Below, piece after piece: positions 47,895-58,378 of a stretch of DNA of 64,000 nucleotides. Source of the stretch: Caldilineae bacterium (GTDB lineage Bacteria; Chloroflexota; Anaerolineae; DUEN01); assembly GCA_011176545.1 (NCBI GenBank), contig DUEN01000021.1, positions 8,662-72,661 on the forward strand. Direction: 5' to 3'. How positions within the stretch are numbered: position 1 is the stretch's first letter; each line of letters opens with the position of its first letter. The position numbers and the translations under genes are program-made. Under the pieces are notes generated by a model. It ran no database searches and had not been told where the DNA came from. It saw nothing but the letters and a program-made list of their open reading frames with translations.

Positions 47895-48947
47895 CTATTC
47901 CAACGTGACCTTCTCATCCACCAACCGTTCACGCACGAAACCACCTATAGGCACCATGCGGAAATGAGCCGCATCCAGGGCGAACTCCATATCCACGTGA
48001 TGACGGCCGGCCCGGTTTTTCTCGACGCTGAGGACGACCCAGTTACGCATGGCCTCGGCCTTCAGGGGGTTATATATTAGGTGCTCGCGACTGATGATGT
48101 CGTACTTGTTATTCAGCATGAGGCCGATGTCCGCCTCGTACTGCAACGCGGAGCTGCCACGCAGGTCAGATAGCCGCATGCGCTTCACCTTCAATCCCGG
48201 ACGATCCGAGGCCGCGATGGCGATGACCTGGATCCCCATCGACATGGCCAGGTCCTTCAGCCCCTGGGCCAAATAGGTCGTCACCTCCGTCTCCGGCTGC
48301 AAACTGCTCGATTCCACCGGCACCTTCTGCAGGTAATCCACCACCAACAGCAGCTCCTGCAACCCGGAGTCCAGGGCTTCCCGCACCCACTGCCGGATAT
48401 GCTCCAGTGTCGAGATCCCGCCACCGGCCTTCACCAGGATCAGGCGATCGGCATAAGCCTTCATCGCGTCGAGGAGCGGCGCGTAACGGGGGATATGCCC
48501 TAGCTTCGTGAGGAGGCCAACGCCATCGGAGCTCTCCAGCGCCAGATCGCTGAGCTTACGCAGGGTCAGCGCCCGATCCGCCTGTCCCAACTCCGCGCTC
48601 TCCAAGCATATTAAACGCAACATCAGATGGACGCGGTCATGCTCGTAACACACGTACATGGCCCCGGCGTCGGGGTGATCGCGCACGACGTTGCGAGCCA
48701 CCTGAAGGCCGAAGATGGTCTTACCTACCCCGAAGGGGCCGCCCACAACCATCAATTCGCCACGCCGCAGCCCCCCGTTGAGGACGTCATCCAAGGGAGT
48801 GAAGCCCGTGGCCAACGGCCGGAAGCGCGTCACCTCCCCACTGGCCGTCTGCTCCTCCGTCTCTTGCATCACCTGGGCCAGCGTGGCCGGCCCGATCCTC
48901 TCCCGCCCCCACGGACTGGCCCATTGTCCGCTTTCCATAAAGCCCAC
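47895..48947 (-). CDS. DnaB-like (SF4) helicase ATPase domain protein without the N-terminal domain
   Basis: TGFTPLDDVLNGGL..GPFGVGKT, LVVDYLQ, LKDLA, LSDLRGSSALQYEAD and EKNRAG; 350 aa. Confidence 0.8.
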   Translation of the reverse strand: MGFMESGQWASPWGRERIGPATLAQVMQETEEQTASGEVTRFRPLATGFTPLDDVLNGGLRRGELMVVGGPFGVGKTIFGLQVARNVVRDHPDAGAMYVCYEHDRVHLMLRLICLESAELGQADRALTLRKLSDLALESSDGVGLLTKLGHIPRYAPLLDAMKAYADRLILVKAGGGISTLEHIRQWVREALDSGLQELLLVVDYLQKVPVESSSLQPETEVTTYLAQGLKDLAMSMGIQVIAIAASDRPGLKVKRMRLSDLRGSSALQYEADIGLMLNNKYDIISREHLIYNPLKAEAMRNWVVLSVEKNRAGRHHVDMEFALDAAHFRMVPIGGFVRERLVDEKVTLE

Positions 48948-48972
48948 CTCATGCGCTTCCTAATAATCCGCC

Positions 48973-50325
48973 TCACCTGCGTACGGGAGCGAAGATAGAA
49001 GGAGACAGGAAGATCCCCGCCGCCTCGATTTTATCCATGAACTTGGGGCGCACTCCCATCCCCGTGAAGTATCCCTGCACTCGGCCCTCCCGCACACCTG
49101 TCTGCACGAAGCGGAAGAGATCCTGCATGACGATGACATCCCCCTCCATGCCCTGCACCTCCGTGATCTGCACCACCTTGCGGCTGCCGTCGATCAGGCG
49201 ATCGAGGTGCACCACGAGATCGAAGGCGGAGGCGATCTGCTCACGCACGGCGCGCAACGGGAGATCCATCCCTGCCATCAAAGCCATCGTCTCGATGCGG
49301 CGTAACGTATCTCGCGGGCTGTTCGAATGCGCGGTGGTGAGCGAGCCATCGTGACCGGTGTTCATGGCCTGTAGCATGTCCAGGGCCTCCCCGCCGCGGA
49401 CCTCGCCCACAATGATGCGGTCGGGCCGCATACGCAGCGCGTTGATGACCAGTTGCCGGATCGTGACCTCACCCCGCCCCTCCACGTTAGGCGGCCGAGA
49501 CTCCAGGCGCACGACGTGCCGCTGGTGAAGTTGCAGCTCCGCGGCGTCCTCGATGGTGATGATGCGCTCCCTGGAGGGCAGGAAGCTGGAGAGGACGTTC
49601 AGGAGCGTCGTCTTGCCGGTAGACGTCCCGCCTGACACGACGATGTTAAGCCGGGCCAGCACGCAGGCCCGCAGGAACTCCGCCATCTCCTCCGTCAGGG
49701 TGCCCAGCCGGATCAGATCATCGACCGTGTACACCGTGCGGGCGAACTTGCGGATGCTGATGCAGGGGCCGACGAGGGAGAGCGGCGGGATGATGATGTT
49801 CACCCGGGAGCCGTCAGGGAGGCGCGCATCCACCATCGGGCTGCTCTCATCCACACGACGCCCCAGCGGCGCGACGATGCGGTCGATGATGCGGAGCAGC
49901 TCCTCCACATCCCGGAAGCGGATGTCCGTCTCCTCCAGGACGCCGTTCCGCTCGATATATACCTGATCCGGCCCGTTCACCAGGATCTCGGTGACGGTCT
50001 CATCGCGGAGCAAGGGCTCGATCGGACCGTACCCCAGGACGTCCGCCACGATTTGCTCGAAGAGATCGGCCCGCTCGGCGCGGCTCAGGGGCACCTTCTC
50101 CTCAGCCAGCACCTCGACGAAGATCCGCTCCAGGGCGCGGCGCACCTCTTCCACGTTCTTCGTATCAATCTGGGGGCTCAACTCGGCCAACAGCCGCTGC
50201 TGTACGCGCTGCTTCAGCCTGGTATAGGGCTCGCCATCGCCTGAGCGCGGGGTTCCGCTATGTCCATTGCGCGTGCCATCGCGCGTGGAGGAATCGAGGC
50301 GACTACTTCGGAAGAAGTTCATCAT
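48973..50325 (-). CDS. tadA: Tad pilus assembly ATPase TadA/CpaF
   Basis: [52 protein letters not shown] and AMNTGHDG motifs. Confidence 0.96.
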   Translation of the reverse strand: MMNFFRSSRLDSSTRDGTRNGHSGTPRSGDGEPYTRLKQRVQQRLLAELSPQIDTKNVEEVRRALERIFVEVLAEEKVPLSRAERADLFEQIVADVLGYGPIEPLLRDETVTEILVNGPDQVYIERNGVLEETDIRFRDVEELLRIIDRIVAPLGRRVDESSPMVDARLPDGSRVNIIIPPLSLVGPCISIRKFARTVYTVDDLIRLGTLTEEMAEFLRACVLARLNIVVSGGTSTGKTTLLNVLSSFLPSRERIITIEDAAELQLHQRHVVRLESRPPNVEGRGEVTIRQLVINALRMRPDRIIVGEVRGGEALDMLQAMNTGHDGSLTTAHSNSPRDTLRRIETMALMAGMDLPLRAVREQIASAFDLVVHLDRLIDGSRKVVQITEVQGMEGDVIVMQDLFRFVQTGVREGRVQGYFTGMGVRPKFMDKIEAAGIFLSPSIFAPVRR

Positions 50326-50359
50326 ACATCAACTCCTGATCATTGGGATATATTATTCG

Positions 50360-52234
50360 CTACTTCACCCAAATCGGATCGTATTCATCCCACTCCGTAT
50401 TGCTGATGTTGCGCACGTTGCGCCCCTCGGCGTCCATCACGTAAATCTGCTTCACGCCGGTACGGTTGGACCAGAAGACGATGCGCGTGCTATCTGGAGA
50501 CCACGAGGGGTGCTTATCCCACTCCCACGTGTTCCTGGTCAGCGCCTTGGGCTCGCTGCCGTCGGCGTAGATCACCCAGATGTCATCGCTGCCGTTCTCC
50601 TGGCTGACGAAGGCGATGCGGCTGCCGTCTGGGGACCAGACCGGATCGTAGCTCAGCCCGGTCAGCCGCGTGAGCTGCCTCGGTGGCAGGTCGCCGTAGA
50701 CCTCGTGGCGCGGCAGCGCGATGAAGATCTGAGCCGAGGGGGTTGTGTCCTTCACGAAGGCCCGATAGCGCCCATCCGGCGAGAATTGCTCCCGCTCATA
50801 AAGCTCGCGGAACTGTCGCCGCAGATCGCCGGAATCGCCCAGGTATTGACGGTTGCTCCCGTCGGGATCCATCACCCACAGCCCGGGCTGATCCTCTTTA
50901 TCGGACCAGAAGAGGATCCGGCCATGATACGTCGCCAGAGGACGGGGCGTCGGGGTGGGGACGATGGGTGTCGGCGTCGGTATGGGGGTCGCGGTCGGCG
51001 TAGCCGTTGGAGTGGCCGTGGGCGTCAACAATGGCACGACCTCAAACATGCGCCCGCGCGCCAGGACCGTGTCCTCCATGGGGAGCTCAGCCGCTCTGCG
51101 ATACTGCTCATAGGCGAAGTAGAGATCGCCAGCGGCCCGATGTTGATCGCCGCTCCGTATGTAGGCCTCATACAGCAGATCCGCGACAGCCCCTCCCAGA
51201 TAGTCAGGGCGCAGATCATACACCGCGCGGAGCTGCGCGACCGCGCCATCCCAGTAACCCGACTCGAACAGATGCTGTCCCTCCAGATACGACTGGGCCA
51301 ACTGCTTCTCCAGCGCCGCATCCGTATCCCGCGGCCGCAGGGCCAAAGCCTTGGTGAAATAGTCAAGCGCCTGAGATACGTCCTGAATCGTGGGGGAGGC
51401 CCGCTCGAGCGATTCCCGCCCCAATCCCAGGTAGAGCTCGAAGAGGCGATCCGTGATGGTCTCGGAACGATAATCGAGGTCGAGCCCCCTGATCTGCTCA
51501 TACTTCGCGATGGCGTCCAGGACCGAACCTTCTTGATACGCCGCCTCCGCCTCGGCGAATAGGCGGTCCAATTCCTTCTGTCGCTTGACTTGGGTGATAC
51601 GCAGGCTGACGTCCCGATATCCCGGTGATCGGATCGAGATCTCGGTCAGCAGGTTCAACGCCTTCTCGTTACGCCCCTCCTCCTGCAGAGCGATGGCCCG
51701 CTGGTATAGGTCCTGAAGCTCTCGTTGCTCCTTGACCCGCGCCAGCCCTTGCAACGCCCCCAGGTGATCGGGCACCTCGGCGAGCAGGGTCTCGTAGCGG
51801 GCCTGGGCAGCGTCGAGGTCGCCGGCCTCCAGGTAGGCATTTCCCTCCGCCAATAGCCGCGCCCGCCATCGCTCCTGTTGCATCCGCGCCCAGATGGGAG
51901 CGATCTGGTGGCTGATCAGGCGCGCCCCTTGCACGACCAGCACGCCGATCATGAGGACAATCAGGGTACGGATCAGAATGGCCCGCCATGGGATGGTCCA
52001 TCGCCTCGGCCTGACCCGTGTCTTGGCATCGATATCCGCCTTAAAGCGCGCCTCGGCCAGCATCCGCTGCACCACCCGGCTCTCCGGGAGCTCGCGCGCG
52101 AGCGCCTCAAAGCAGCGGATCGCCTGCTCCCACTCCCCTGCTTGGAGGTGAGCCATCCCCTCCTTGAAGAGGGGATGCTCCCGTTCCACGCCTTCTTTCC
52201 CCACGGCTACCGCCATCCGGCTCCCACCATCCAT
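50360..52234 (-). CDS. Single-TM protein with TPR repeats, Pro/Thr linker and PD40/TolB-like beta-propeller
   Basis: N-terminal TPR, one TM, multiple TPRs, TPTATPT linker; repeated P.WSPDG..I.F motifs. Confidence 0.82.
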   Translation of the reverse strand: MDGGSRMAVAVGKEGVEREHPLFKEGMAHLQAGEWEQAIRCFEALARELPESRVVQRMLAEARFKADIDAKTRVRPRRWTIPWRAILIRTLIVLMIGVLVVQGARLISHQIAPIWARMQQERWRARLLAEGNAYLEAGDLDAAQARYETLLAEVPDHLGALQGLARVKEQRELQDLYQRAIALQEEGRNEKALNLLTEISIRSPGYRDVSLRITQVKRQKELDRLFAEAEAAYQEGSVLDAIAKYEQIRGLDLDYRSETITDRLFELYLGLGRESLERASPTIQDVSQALDYFTKALALRPRDTDAALEKQLAQSYLEGQHLFESGYWDGAVAQLRAVYDLRPDYLGGAVADLLYEAYIRSGDQHRAAGDLYFAYEQYRRAAELPMEDTVLARGRMFEVVPLLTPTATPTATPTATPIPTPTPIVPTPTPRPLATYHGRILFWSDKEDQPGLWVMDPDGSNRQYLGDSGDLRRQFRELYEREQFSPDGRYRAFVKDTTPSAQIFIALPRHEVYGDLPPRQLTRLTGLSYDPVWSPDGSRIAFVSQENGSDDIWVIYADGSEPKALTRNTWEWDKHPSWSPDSTRIVFWSNRTGVKQIYVMDAEGRNVRNISNTEWDEYDPIWVK

Positions 52235-52282
52235 CCCTTTCGCTCATAATCGAAATAGGCAACATCCGCAAAGGCGTGTTTT

Positions 52283-52354
52283 GTAAGGGCGCACGGCCGT
52301 GCGCCCCTACAATTCGCCCATTCTGGTAGAGGCACGGCGCCGCCGTGCCTCTAC
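52283..52354. repeat. Two adjacent REP palindromes
   Basis: GTAAGGGCGCACGGCCGTGCGCCCCTAC (52283-52310) and GTAGAGGCACGGCGCCGCCGTGCCTCTAC (52326-52354). Confidence 0.82.
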
Positions 52355-52395
52355 CATAGGCGAGCATTCCGCTCTCAGCATATCCCGATGATGCG

Positions 52396-53361
52396 CTATC
52401 CGCCGCCCAATCGCTTGAGCCAGAACATCGCCGTCGGGATCACCGGCCCCAGGATAACGGCGAACAACGCCGGGAAGATCAGGAAGACCAGCGGGAAGAC
52501 CATCTTCACGCTGGCCTGCCGCGCCAACTCCTCCGCCCGTTGTCTGCGACGCGTGCGCATCTGCGCCGCCTGAGAGTGCAACACCTGCGCGATGCTGACG
52601 CCTAACTGGTTAGACTGGATGAGGATAGCCACGAAGGTGCGTAAATCCTGGACACCAGTCCTCTCGGCCATCCGTTGGAGGGCGACATCCCGCGGCGTCC
52701 CCACGCGCATCTCCGCCACCGCCCGGCGGAATTCCCGGGTCAACGCGTTATTCCACCGCTCGCCCACCCGTAGCAACGCCGACTCGAACGCCAACCCGGC
52801 CTCGACGCTGATCGTCAGCATATCCAGGGCATCGGGCAACGCCCGGATGATCTCGCGTTGTCGACTCTTGGCGCGCGATCGCAGCCACAGGAGGGGGACG
52901 AAGAAGCCGAGCCCGCCCATGATGAGCGCGTTGCGCAGCGCCAACGGGAAGGCCAACGTGGGGCCGATGAGGAAGAAATAGCCGCCGCCCAGGAGCACGG
53001 CGGCAAGCAGCCGCAATCCCAGGAAATCGAGGGCGGTCAGCCCCCATGGCTCCCCCGCCTCCAACAGCATCTGCTGGATAACCTCCATGTTGCGTTTGGG
53101 GGCCAGCGTTCCCAAGGCGCGCAGGAGGCGATGAAGGAGCGGTATCACCACGCGAGAGACGAATGGACGACGCATCTCGTCCTCTTCGATCACGTCGTCC
53201 CGCCTCAGATATTCGTCTAAGCGTTGACGCACCAGCCTGGTTGACCAGGAGGGGGCGAAGGCCAGCCAGATCAACCCCGTCGCCAGGCTGACCAATATGG
53301 CGAAAGTCAGAGGTGACCAGAGGAAGGCCGTCGCCCCGATCAACGTCCCGAGATCTACCAT
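52396..53361 (-). CDS. tadC: Tad pilus assembly protein TadC (T2SSF domain)
   Basis: LPDALDMLTISVEAGL..AEELARQASVKMVFPLV. Confidence 0.92.
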   Translation of the reverse strand: MVDLGTLIGATAFLWSPLTFAILVSLATGLIWLAFAPSWSTRLVRQRLDEYLRRDDVIEEDEMRRPFVSRVVIPLLHRLLRALGTLAPKRNMEVIQQMLLEAGEPWGLTALDFLGLRLLAAVLLGGGYFFLIGPTLAFPLALRNALIMGGLGFFVPLLWLRSRAKSRQREIIRALPDALDMLTISVEAGLAFESALLRVGERWNNALTREFRRAVAEMRVGTPRDVALQRMAERTGVQDLRTFVAILIQSNQLGVSIAQVLHSQAAQMRTRRRQRAEELARQASVKMVFPLVFLIFPALFAVILGPVIPTAMFWLKRLGGG

Positions 53362-53365
53362 CCCC

Positions 53366-54319
53366 TCACACCTCGATGTCCACGATACGACGGATGACCA
53401 AGAAGCCCGCCAGTTGCATGAGGCCGGCCGTGATGGGCACGATCCGTATCCAGCCGGGGCTGAAGAGACGGCTGATATATGAGGGATTGAGGATATAAAG
53501 GATCAGCGCCAACGTCACCGGTAGCGCGCCCAGGATATATCCCGTCAGGCGCTGCTGAGCCGTCAGGGTGCGGATCTCTCGCTGAATGCGAAGGCGATCG
53601 CGCACGGTCTCGCTGATGATCTCCAGGGTTTGGGCCAGGTTGCCGCCGGTCTCATATTGGATATTGATCGCCGTCACCACCATCTCCATATCTTCGATGT
53701 CCACCCGCTCCACCATCTCTCTCAAAGCCCGTTGCACCGGCACGCCCAGGCTCACGGCGCGTATCACCCGAGTTAGCTCCGTGGCGATGGGGGGGGAGAG
53801 CTGCTCGACGATGACCTCCAGCGATTGGGAGAGCCCATAACCCGCCCTCAGCGCGCCTACCAACAGCGTCAACATATCCGGCAATTGCTGGGTGAGCGCA
53901 CGGCGCCGACGCTGTTGCATGACCCGCAGATAGAAGATGGGGAGATAAGCCAGGACAGCTCCCAACATGACGCCCGAGGCGAGGCCCAACCGCCAGAAGC
54001 CGAAGAGGAAACCCAATGCCGCCATGCCCAGGACGATCATGGTAAACTCCGCCGCCGTGATGGGCAGATCGGCGCGGGCCAGGGCTAACGCCAGGCGCGG
54101 CCCCAGGCCGAATCCGTTCAGCAGCCGGCCGGCACCTGACCACTCAACTCGCCTTGGGAGGTATTCGTCGATCTCGGCTTCCGCCGGGGGCATCCCGCCA
54201 TACTGCTGCAGCCGTACCTCCACCGCGCCCTGCGTCCCCGCGAGCCGCCACACGGCCCCGAAGGCGATCAACACGCCAAAGGCGACGAGCACGCCGAAGA
54301 GCAAGGGACCCGCCGTCAT
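53366..54319 (-). CDS. tadB: Tad pilus assembly protein TadB (T2SSF domain)
   Basis: QLPDMLTLLVGALRAGYGL..ETGGNLAQTL..RTLTAQQR. Confidence 0.92.
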   Translation of the reverse strand: MTAGPLLFGVLVAFGVLIAFGAVWRLAGTQGAVEVRLQQYGGMPPAEAEIDEYLPRRVEWSGAGRLLNGFGLGPRLALALARADLPITAAEFTMIVLGMAALGFLFGFWRLGLASGVMLGAVLAYLPIFYLRVMQQRRRRALTQQLPDMLTLLVGALRAGYGLSQSLEVIVEQLSPPIATELTRVIRAVSLGVPVQRALREMVERVDIEDMEMVVTAINIQYETGGNLAQTLEIISETVRDRLRIQREIRTLTAQQRLTGYILGALPVTLALILYILNPSYISRLFSPGWIRIVPITAGLMQLAGFLVIRRIVDIEV

Positions 54320-54328
54320 ATCCCCCAC

Positions 54329-54484
54329 CTACTTCCCACGCCGATAGAAGATGAGGCCAGCGACAAGGAATACCAGCCCTAACAGGACGAGGTTCATCCC
54401 CTGGTCGCCCACCAAGATGCCGATAATGACCAGTAGGATAGCAAGTGCGAACAGTGCATAGCTCACAATGCGACGGTTCTGCAT
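54329..54484 (-). CDS. 51-aa two-TM membrane microprotein inside the tad operon (below the ORF-track cutoff)
   Basis: GAGGAGG RBS; MQNRRIVSYALFALAILLVIIGILVGDQGMNLVLLGLVFLVAGLIFYRRGK*; fills the cpaE-tadB gap. Confidence 0.75.
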   Translation of the reverse strand: MQNRRIVSYALFALAILLVIIGILVGDQGMNLVLLGLVFLVAGLIFYRRGK

Positions 54485-54523
54485 GGGAGACCTCCTCGGA
54501 TAGCAAGGAAAGAGCGGATGCGA

Positions 54524-55789
54524 TCACACCCTCGCGTGGGATGTCCTCCGGAACAGGCGCCTCAAGAAGCCAACGCCGGCCCTCCTCTCGTCTACAGGTT
54601 CCACCACCCCCATCATCTCCTCTGCCAGCCGCCGAGCCAGATCTCGAAAAGCCCGAGCCAGGGCGCTGCGACGATGGCTCATCACCAGGGGGACACCTCG
54701 ATTAATGCTATGCGTGGCCAGCGGCTGATCGTCCGGGATGCGATACGCGATATGCACATGCAAGCGCTCCTCAATATCACCCGCGGAGATACCTCCATTC
54801 ATCGTGGCCCGATTGAGCACCAGCCAGGTCTTCCGCTCCGGATAGCCCCGCCCTTTGAATTGATCGAGCATCAACCGCGTGTTGCGCAGCCCCACCATCT
54901 CGGGTAACACGCACAGGATGATGCGGTCCGCGCTGTCCAGGAACGCGAAGGCCGTCTCGTCCATCGGCAATCCCACGTCCACGATCACCCAGGGGAACAG
55001 GCGGCGCAACCAATGCAACACCTCCTGCGCCTGGGACGGCGAGACAGGGCTGGCGAGATCCGCGGGCGGCGGTGCCAACAGGACGTGAATCCCCGACACG
55101 TGCCTGGTCAGGACCCCGAAGATCAGCTCTTCATCCAGGAGCGAAAGGCGCGGCAGAAGGTCGGAGATATCGCGCTCCTCCGGCAGGTTCAAGGCCACGT
55201 CGAGGGCCGGGGCTGCGTAATCGGCATCGACCAGGACGACCGGCACGTTGGTGATCTGGCGCAGGCTTATGGCCGTGTTGATGGCTAACGTCGTGCGGCC
55301 CGTGCCCCCTCTGGGCGCGCAGAAGACGATGGTACGCCCCAGGGGCGCCTCCGACTCCTCCTCTTCATCAGCCTCGACGAAGGAAGGGCGAGACGACAAC
55401 ACCTGCCGCAGCGTAGCCACGAACTCCTCAACCTGCAGGGGCTTGGTGATGAAGCCGCGGGCCCCCGCCAGGACCGCCTGGCGGGCTCGCGCCATCGCCT
55501 CCGCCTCGACGAGCGCCAGGATGGCCGCGCCGGGCACCTGACCCGCCAGCCGGCCGATGAGCTCGCTCATGTCCGCCGCGCCCCGCACGTCATCCACCAG
55601 GATGACATGCGGGGAGACTTCTCGCGCGCGAGGGAGCGCCAGCTCCGACTGCGATACCCAGTAAAGCCGATAATCGTCCACCCGTCCTGTTAAGGCATCG
55701 CCGACCTCGTCGCGGGTCGCCTCTCGGACGCTAACCAGGAGCAGGCGCAACGTCTCGCCCGAACTCAGGATGGCCAATGAATCCTCCAT
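54524..55789 (-). CDS. cpaE: TadZ/CpaE (receiver-like domain plus MinD-like ATPase)
   Basis: AGARGFITKP receiver part; APRGGTGRTT deviant Walker A; SINRGVP. Confidence 0.88.
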   Translation of the reverse strand: MEDSLAILSSGETLRLLLVSVREATRDEVGDALTGRVDDYRLYWVSQSELALPRAREVSPHVILVDDVRGAADMSELIGRLAGQVPGAAILALVEAEAMARARQAVLAGARGFITKPLQVEEFVATLRQVLSSRPSFVEADEEEESEAPLGRTIVFCAPRGGTGRTTLAINTAISLRQITNVPVVLVDADYAAPALDVALNLPEERDISDLLPRLSLLDEELIFGVLTRHVSGIHVLLAPPPADLASPVSPSQAQEVLHWLRRLFPWVIVDVGLPMDETAFAFLDSADRIILCVLPEMVGLRNTRLMLDQFKGRGYPERKTWLVLNRATMNGGISAGDIEERLHVHIAYRIPDDQPLATHSINRGVPLVMSHRRSALARAFRDLARRLAEEMMGVVEPVDERRAGVGFLRRLFRRTSHARV

Positions 55790-55840
55790 TTGATCTACGG
55801 TCTCACCCCCACCAAAGCTCGCGCTTCGAAAGAGGTACCA

Positions 55841-56671
55841 TCACCGTCCAACTTCGGTCGGGATCTGATAACGATGGATCAGATAATCCACGTCCACCGG
55901 TTCCGTGGAGAAGGGCCGCTCCGCGCCAGGGGCCCTCAGGACGATGTCGAGCACACCGCCGAGGTCTTTGACGTACTTCAACACCAACGCGTCCTGCGGG
56001 CTCACGGTCAACAGGATAGCGCTCGGCGTACGCGTATCCGTCCCTCCGGTGGGCGTGCGCCCTGGCACGATGGCGGCGATGGTCACGTTCTGCAGCAGGT
56101 TCAGGGTCACCTGCTCCTTCTCCTTGCTCGTCACCATCACCACGCCCCCGCTGCCGGGCATCTCGCCGCCTCCTGACACGAGCGTCGGTCCCCGGTTTGT
56201 AGGGACCTGGACGGAGAAGAGGAGATCCACGCGATCCCCCGGCTTGAGGACGCCGACCCGGCTGATCAGGTCCTCGGCGGGGAGGGCAAGCAGAACCTCA
56301 TCCTCAGCCATGACCAGCGCCATCCGGCCATTGGCCGCGATCACGTTAGGATCCATCAGCCGTTGATCCAGGAGGATCTCGCCGGGGTAGAGGTCTACCA
56401 GAGTGATCCGCCCCACCGCCTGATCGATATCACGGACGGCCCCCTCCGGCACCGCCTCCACCGGAAGCTCCTTCTGCTCCACATCCTCAGCGGTAAGCAC
56501 CGAACGGACAGCGACGGTCCGGGCAGCGACGACCACCGGAACCGTCGGCCCGGCGCGCTGTCCGGAACTTTGGGCCGCGGCCCTGGAGAGCGTGACGAAG
56601 GCGACGAATCCCGCCAACACGGCCACGATCAGGCCGGCCGTCAGCCACAAGCATCCTCTCACACGTCCCAT
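55841..56671 (-). CDS. cpaB: Flp pilus assembly protein CpaB/RcpC (SAF domain)
   Basis: N-terminal TM; VVVAAR..PEGA SAF domain; LKPGDRVDL; LLQNVTI. Confidence 0.88.
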   Translation of the reverse strand: MGRVRGCLWLTAGLIVAVLAGFVAFVTLSRAAAQSSGQRAGPTVPVVVAARTVAVRSVLTAEDVEQKELPVEAVPEGAVRDIDQAVGRITLVDLYPGEILLDQRLMDPNVIAANGRMALVMAEDEVLLALPAEDLISRVGVLKPGDRVDLLFSVQVPTNRGPTLVSGGGEMPGSGGVVMVTSKEKEQVTLNLLQNVTIAAIVPGRTPTGGTDTRTPSAILLTVSPQDALVLKYVKDLGGVLDIVLRAPGAERPFSTEPVDVDYLIHRYQIPTEVGR

Positions 56672-56716
56672 GGACCTCTCCTCTCGCTTCGGACGTGCCT
56701 CCAAACGCACATCGGG

Positions 56717-57853
56717 CTATTGAATCAACCGCAGGCGGATCTGCTCGAAGATCTCCCTGTAGATCGCCAGCAACTCGCTGGAGCTGGGAGCATAGTATGA
56801 TGTGCCGCCGGTCAGGTTCGCGATATCCTGCATGAGGGCCCTATCAGCTTTGTTTCCTAAAGCGATGGTATAGATGACGATGCGATCGGCCGCGGCGGCC
56901 GCCGCCTCCTGCCGGGCCGCATCCTTCGCCACGGGGCAATAATCGGGACAATACTTACATGATTGGCTGGAAGTCAGACCCTTATTGGGCAACCCGTCCG
57001 TCAGGAAGATGATGAAGCGAAGGGCATCCGGCCGCGCTCGCGGCCCGGTCAGCTCGTTTCGCGCCACGTGGAGCCCGCCAGCGGCGTTGGTGCAGCCGCT
57101 GGCCGTCAGACTCCTAATGGCGGACTTCACCCAATAGAATTCGTCCGTCAGCGGCTGATCCAGGGTATAATCGCTCGCATAGGAGACCACACCGAGATGA
57201 GATAAGTTGGGGTTATTCATGTCCACAAAGGCCTCCGCGGCGGCCTTCGCGTCGGAGATGGGCTGCGGCGGAGTGGACCAGGTGCCGCCACACTTAATGC
57301 AGTTGGACTGATTGATAGGGCGGGGACAGGAGTCCGGATAAGGCTGCAGGCTACATGAGTCATCATCCATGCTGCCGGAGCGGTCGAGCACCAGGATGAT
57401 ATCCAGAGGGGAGAAGCCGCCGCCAGCTATCCCGCTGGCGCTGATGGTGTCGATCCCCAGCAGGCCGCCGAGGAAGGTGGGAAAGCTGACGCTGGCGATC
57501 ACCTGGATGCCCGTCGCATCGGGAGGCGTGTAACCTCCCCCCACCTCGTGGTAGGACGGCAGGTAATAGGCCTGAAATGTGTCGGCCTGATTCTGGCCGA
57601 CGGTGTACTCCTGGATGGCGGCGGCTATCTCAGCGTCGGTACCGCCATCCACCAGCACCCAGGCCCCCGCCAACGCGCCCGCGTCCGCCGCGTTCTGCAT
57701 CTTGCGCCGCTCGGAGTAGGCCAGGCCAACGTCTATAGCCAGGGCGAGCATGGCCAATAACATCACCAGGCTTAACGCCACCATGACCAGCGAGTCACCG
57801 CGTTCACTCCGCCCTTGATGGCTTATGTGCCCCCACATCCGCCTCTCCCGCAT
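56717..57853 (-). CDS. tadG: TadG-like pilus protein with vWA domain
   Basis: ERG|DSLVMVAL..IDVG..MQNAADAGALAG; MIDAS LDRSGS, LTDG. Confidence 0.87.
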   Translation of the reverse strand: MRERRMWGHISHQGRSERGDSLVMVALSLVMLLAMLALAIDVGLAYSERRKMQNAADAGALAGAWVLVDGGTDAEIAAAIQEYTVGQNQADTFQAYYLPSYHEVGGGYTPPDATGIQVIASVSFPTFLGGLLGIDTISASGIAGGGFSPLDIILVLDRSGSMDDDSCSLQPYPDSCPRPINQSNCIKCGGTWSTPPQPISDAKAAAEAFVDMNNPNLSHLGVVSYASDYTLDQPLTDEFYWVKSAIRSLTASGCTNAAGGLHVARNELTGPRARPDALRFIIFLTDGLPNKGLTSSQSCKYCPDYCPVAKDAARQEAAAAAADRIVIYTIALGNKADRALMQDIANLTGGTSYYAPSSSELLAIYREIFEQIRLRLIQ

Positions 57854-57910
57854 GTCACAAACCCTAACGACGCTTACATGAGCACGGTCGCGAGCGGGAC
57901 TTAAGCGAAG

Positions 57911-58306
57911 CTACTCGATTTGCATCGTCGTGACCGCACGCAGCCGGAGGGTCGAACTTCCCCCGGCGGTACGGATCAGGAATCCCGTGAGCAACGGCAG
58001 ATCATAGGCGACCTCAACGCGAATGGTATTCCCCCCGGGATAATCGACCGCGATGCTGAGAGATGCCGGGTCAAGCCCCTCCGTCAGACGACGAGCCATC
58101 GTCTCAATGCCCGCGAGATCCGTGGGATGCACGACGCCATATCGAGCGCCCTCGCGGGCCGCATTGGCGATGGTGTCATATGAGAAGACGATGATGGCGA
58201 AGTCGGCGGTGCCCAGGATGAGCATCAGGAGCACGGGCAGGATCAGGGCGTACTCCACCAGATCCTGTCCTCTTACGCTCCACATACGCCTCTCGCGTCC
58301 CTTCAT
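57911..58306 (-). CDS. tadE: TadE-like pseudopilin
   Basis: RG|QDLVEYALILP..NAAREGARYG. Confidence 0.9.
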   Translation of the reverse strand: MKGRERRMWSVRGQDLVEYALILPVLLMLILGTADFAIIVFSYDTIANAAREGARYGVVHPTDLAGIETMARRLTEGLDPASLSIAVDYPGGNTIRVEVAYDLPLLTGFLIRTAGGSSTLRLRAVTTMQIE

Positions 58307-58350
58307 GCCCGCCCCTTAGGCCTTCACACCGTGTTACAGCATAATTCCCT

Positions 58351-58378
58351 GTAGGGGCGACCGGCTGGTCGCCCCTAC
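58351..58378. repeat. GTAG-type REP palindrome
   Basis: GTAGGGGCGACCGGCTGGTCGCCCCTAC. Confidence 0.85.

Noticed and set aside
47895-48947. Prophage or plasmid replication module
   Set aside because: No integrase, primase, initiator or structural genes nearby; composition and spacing match the tad operon.
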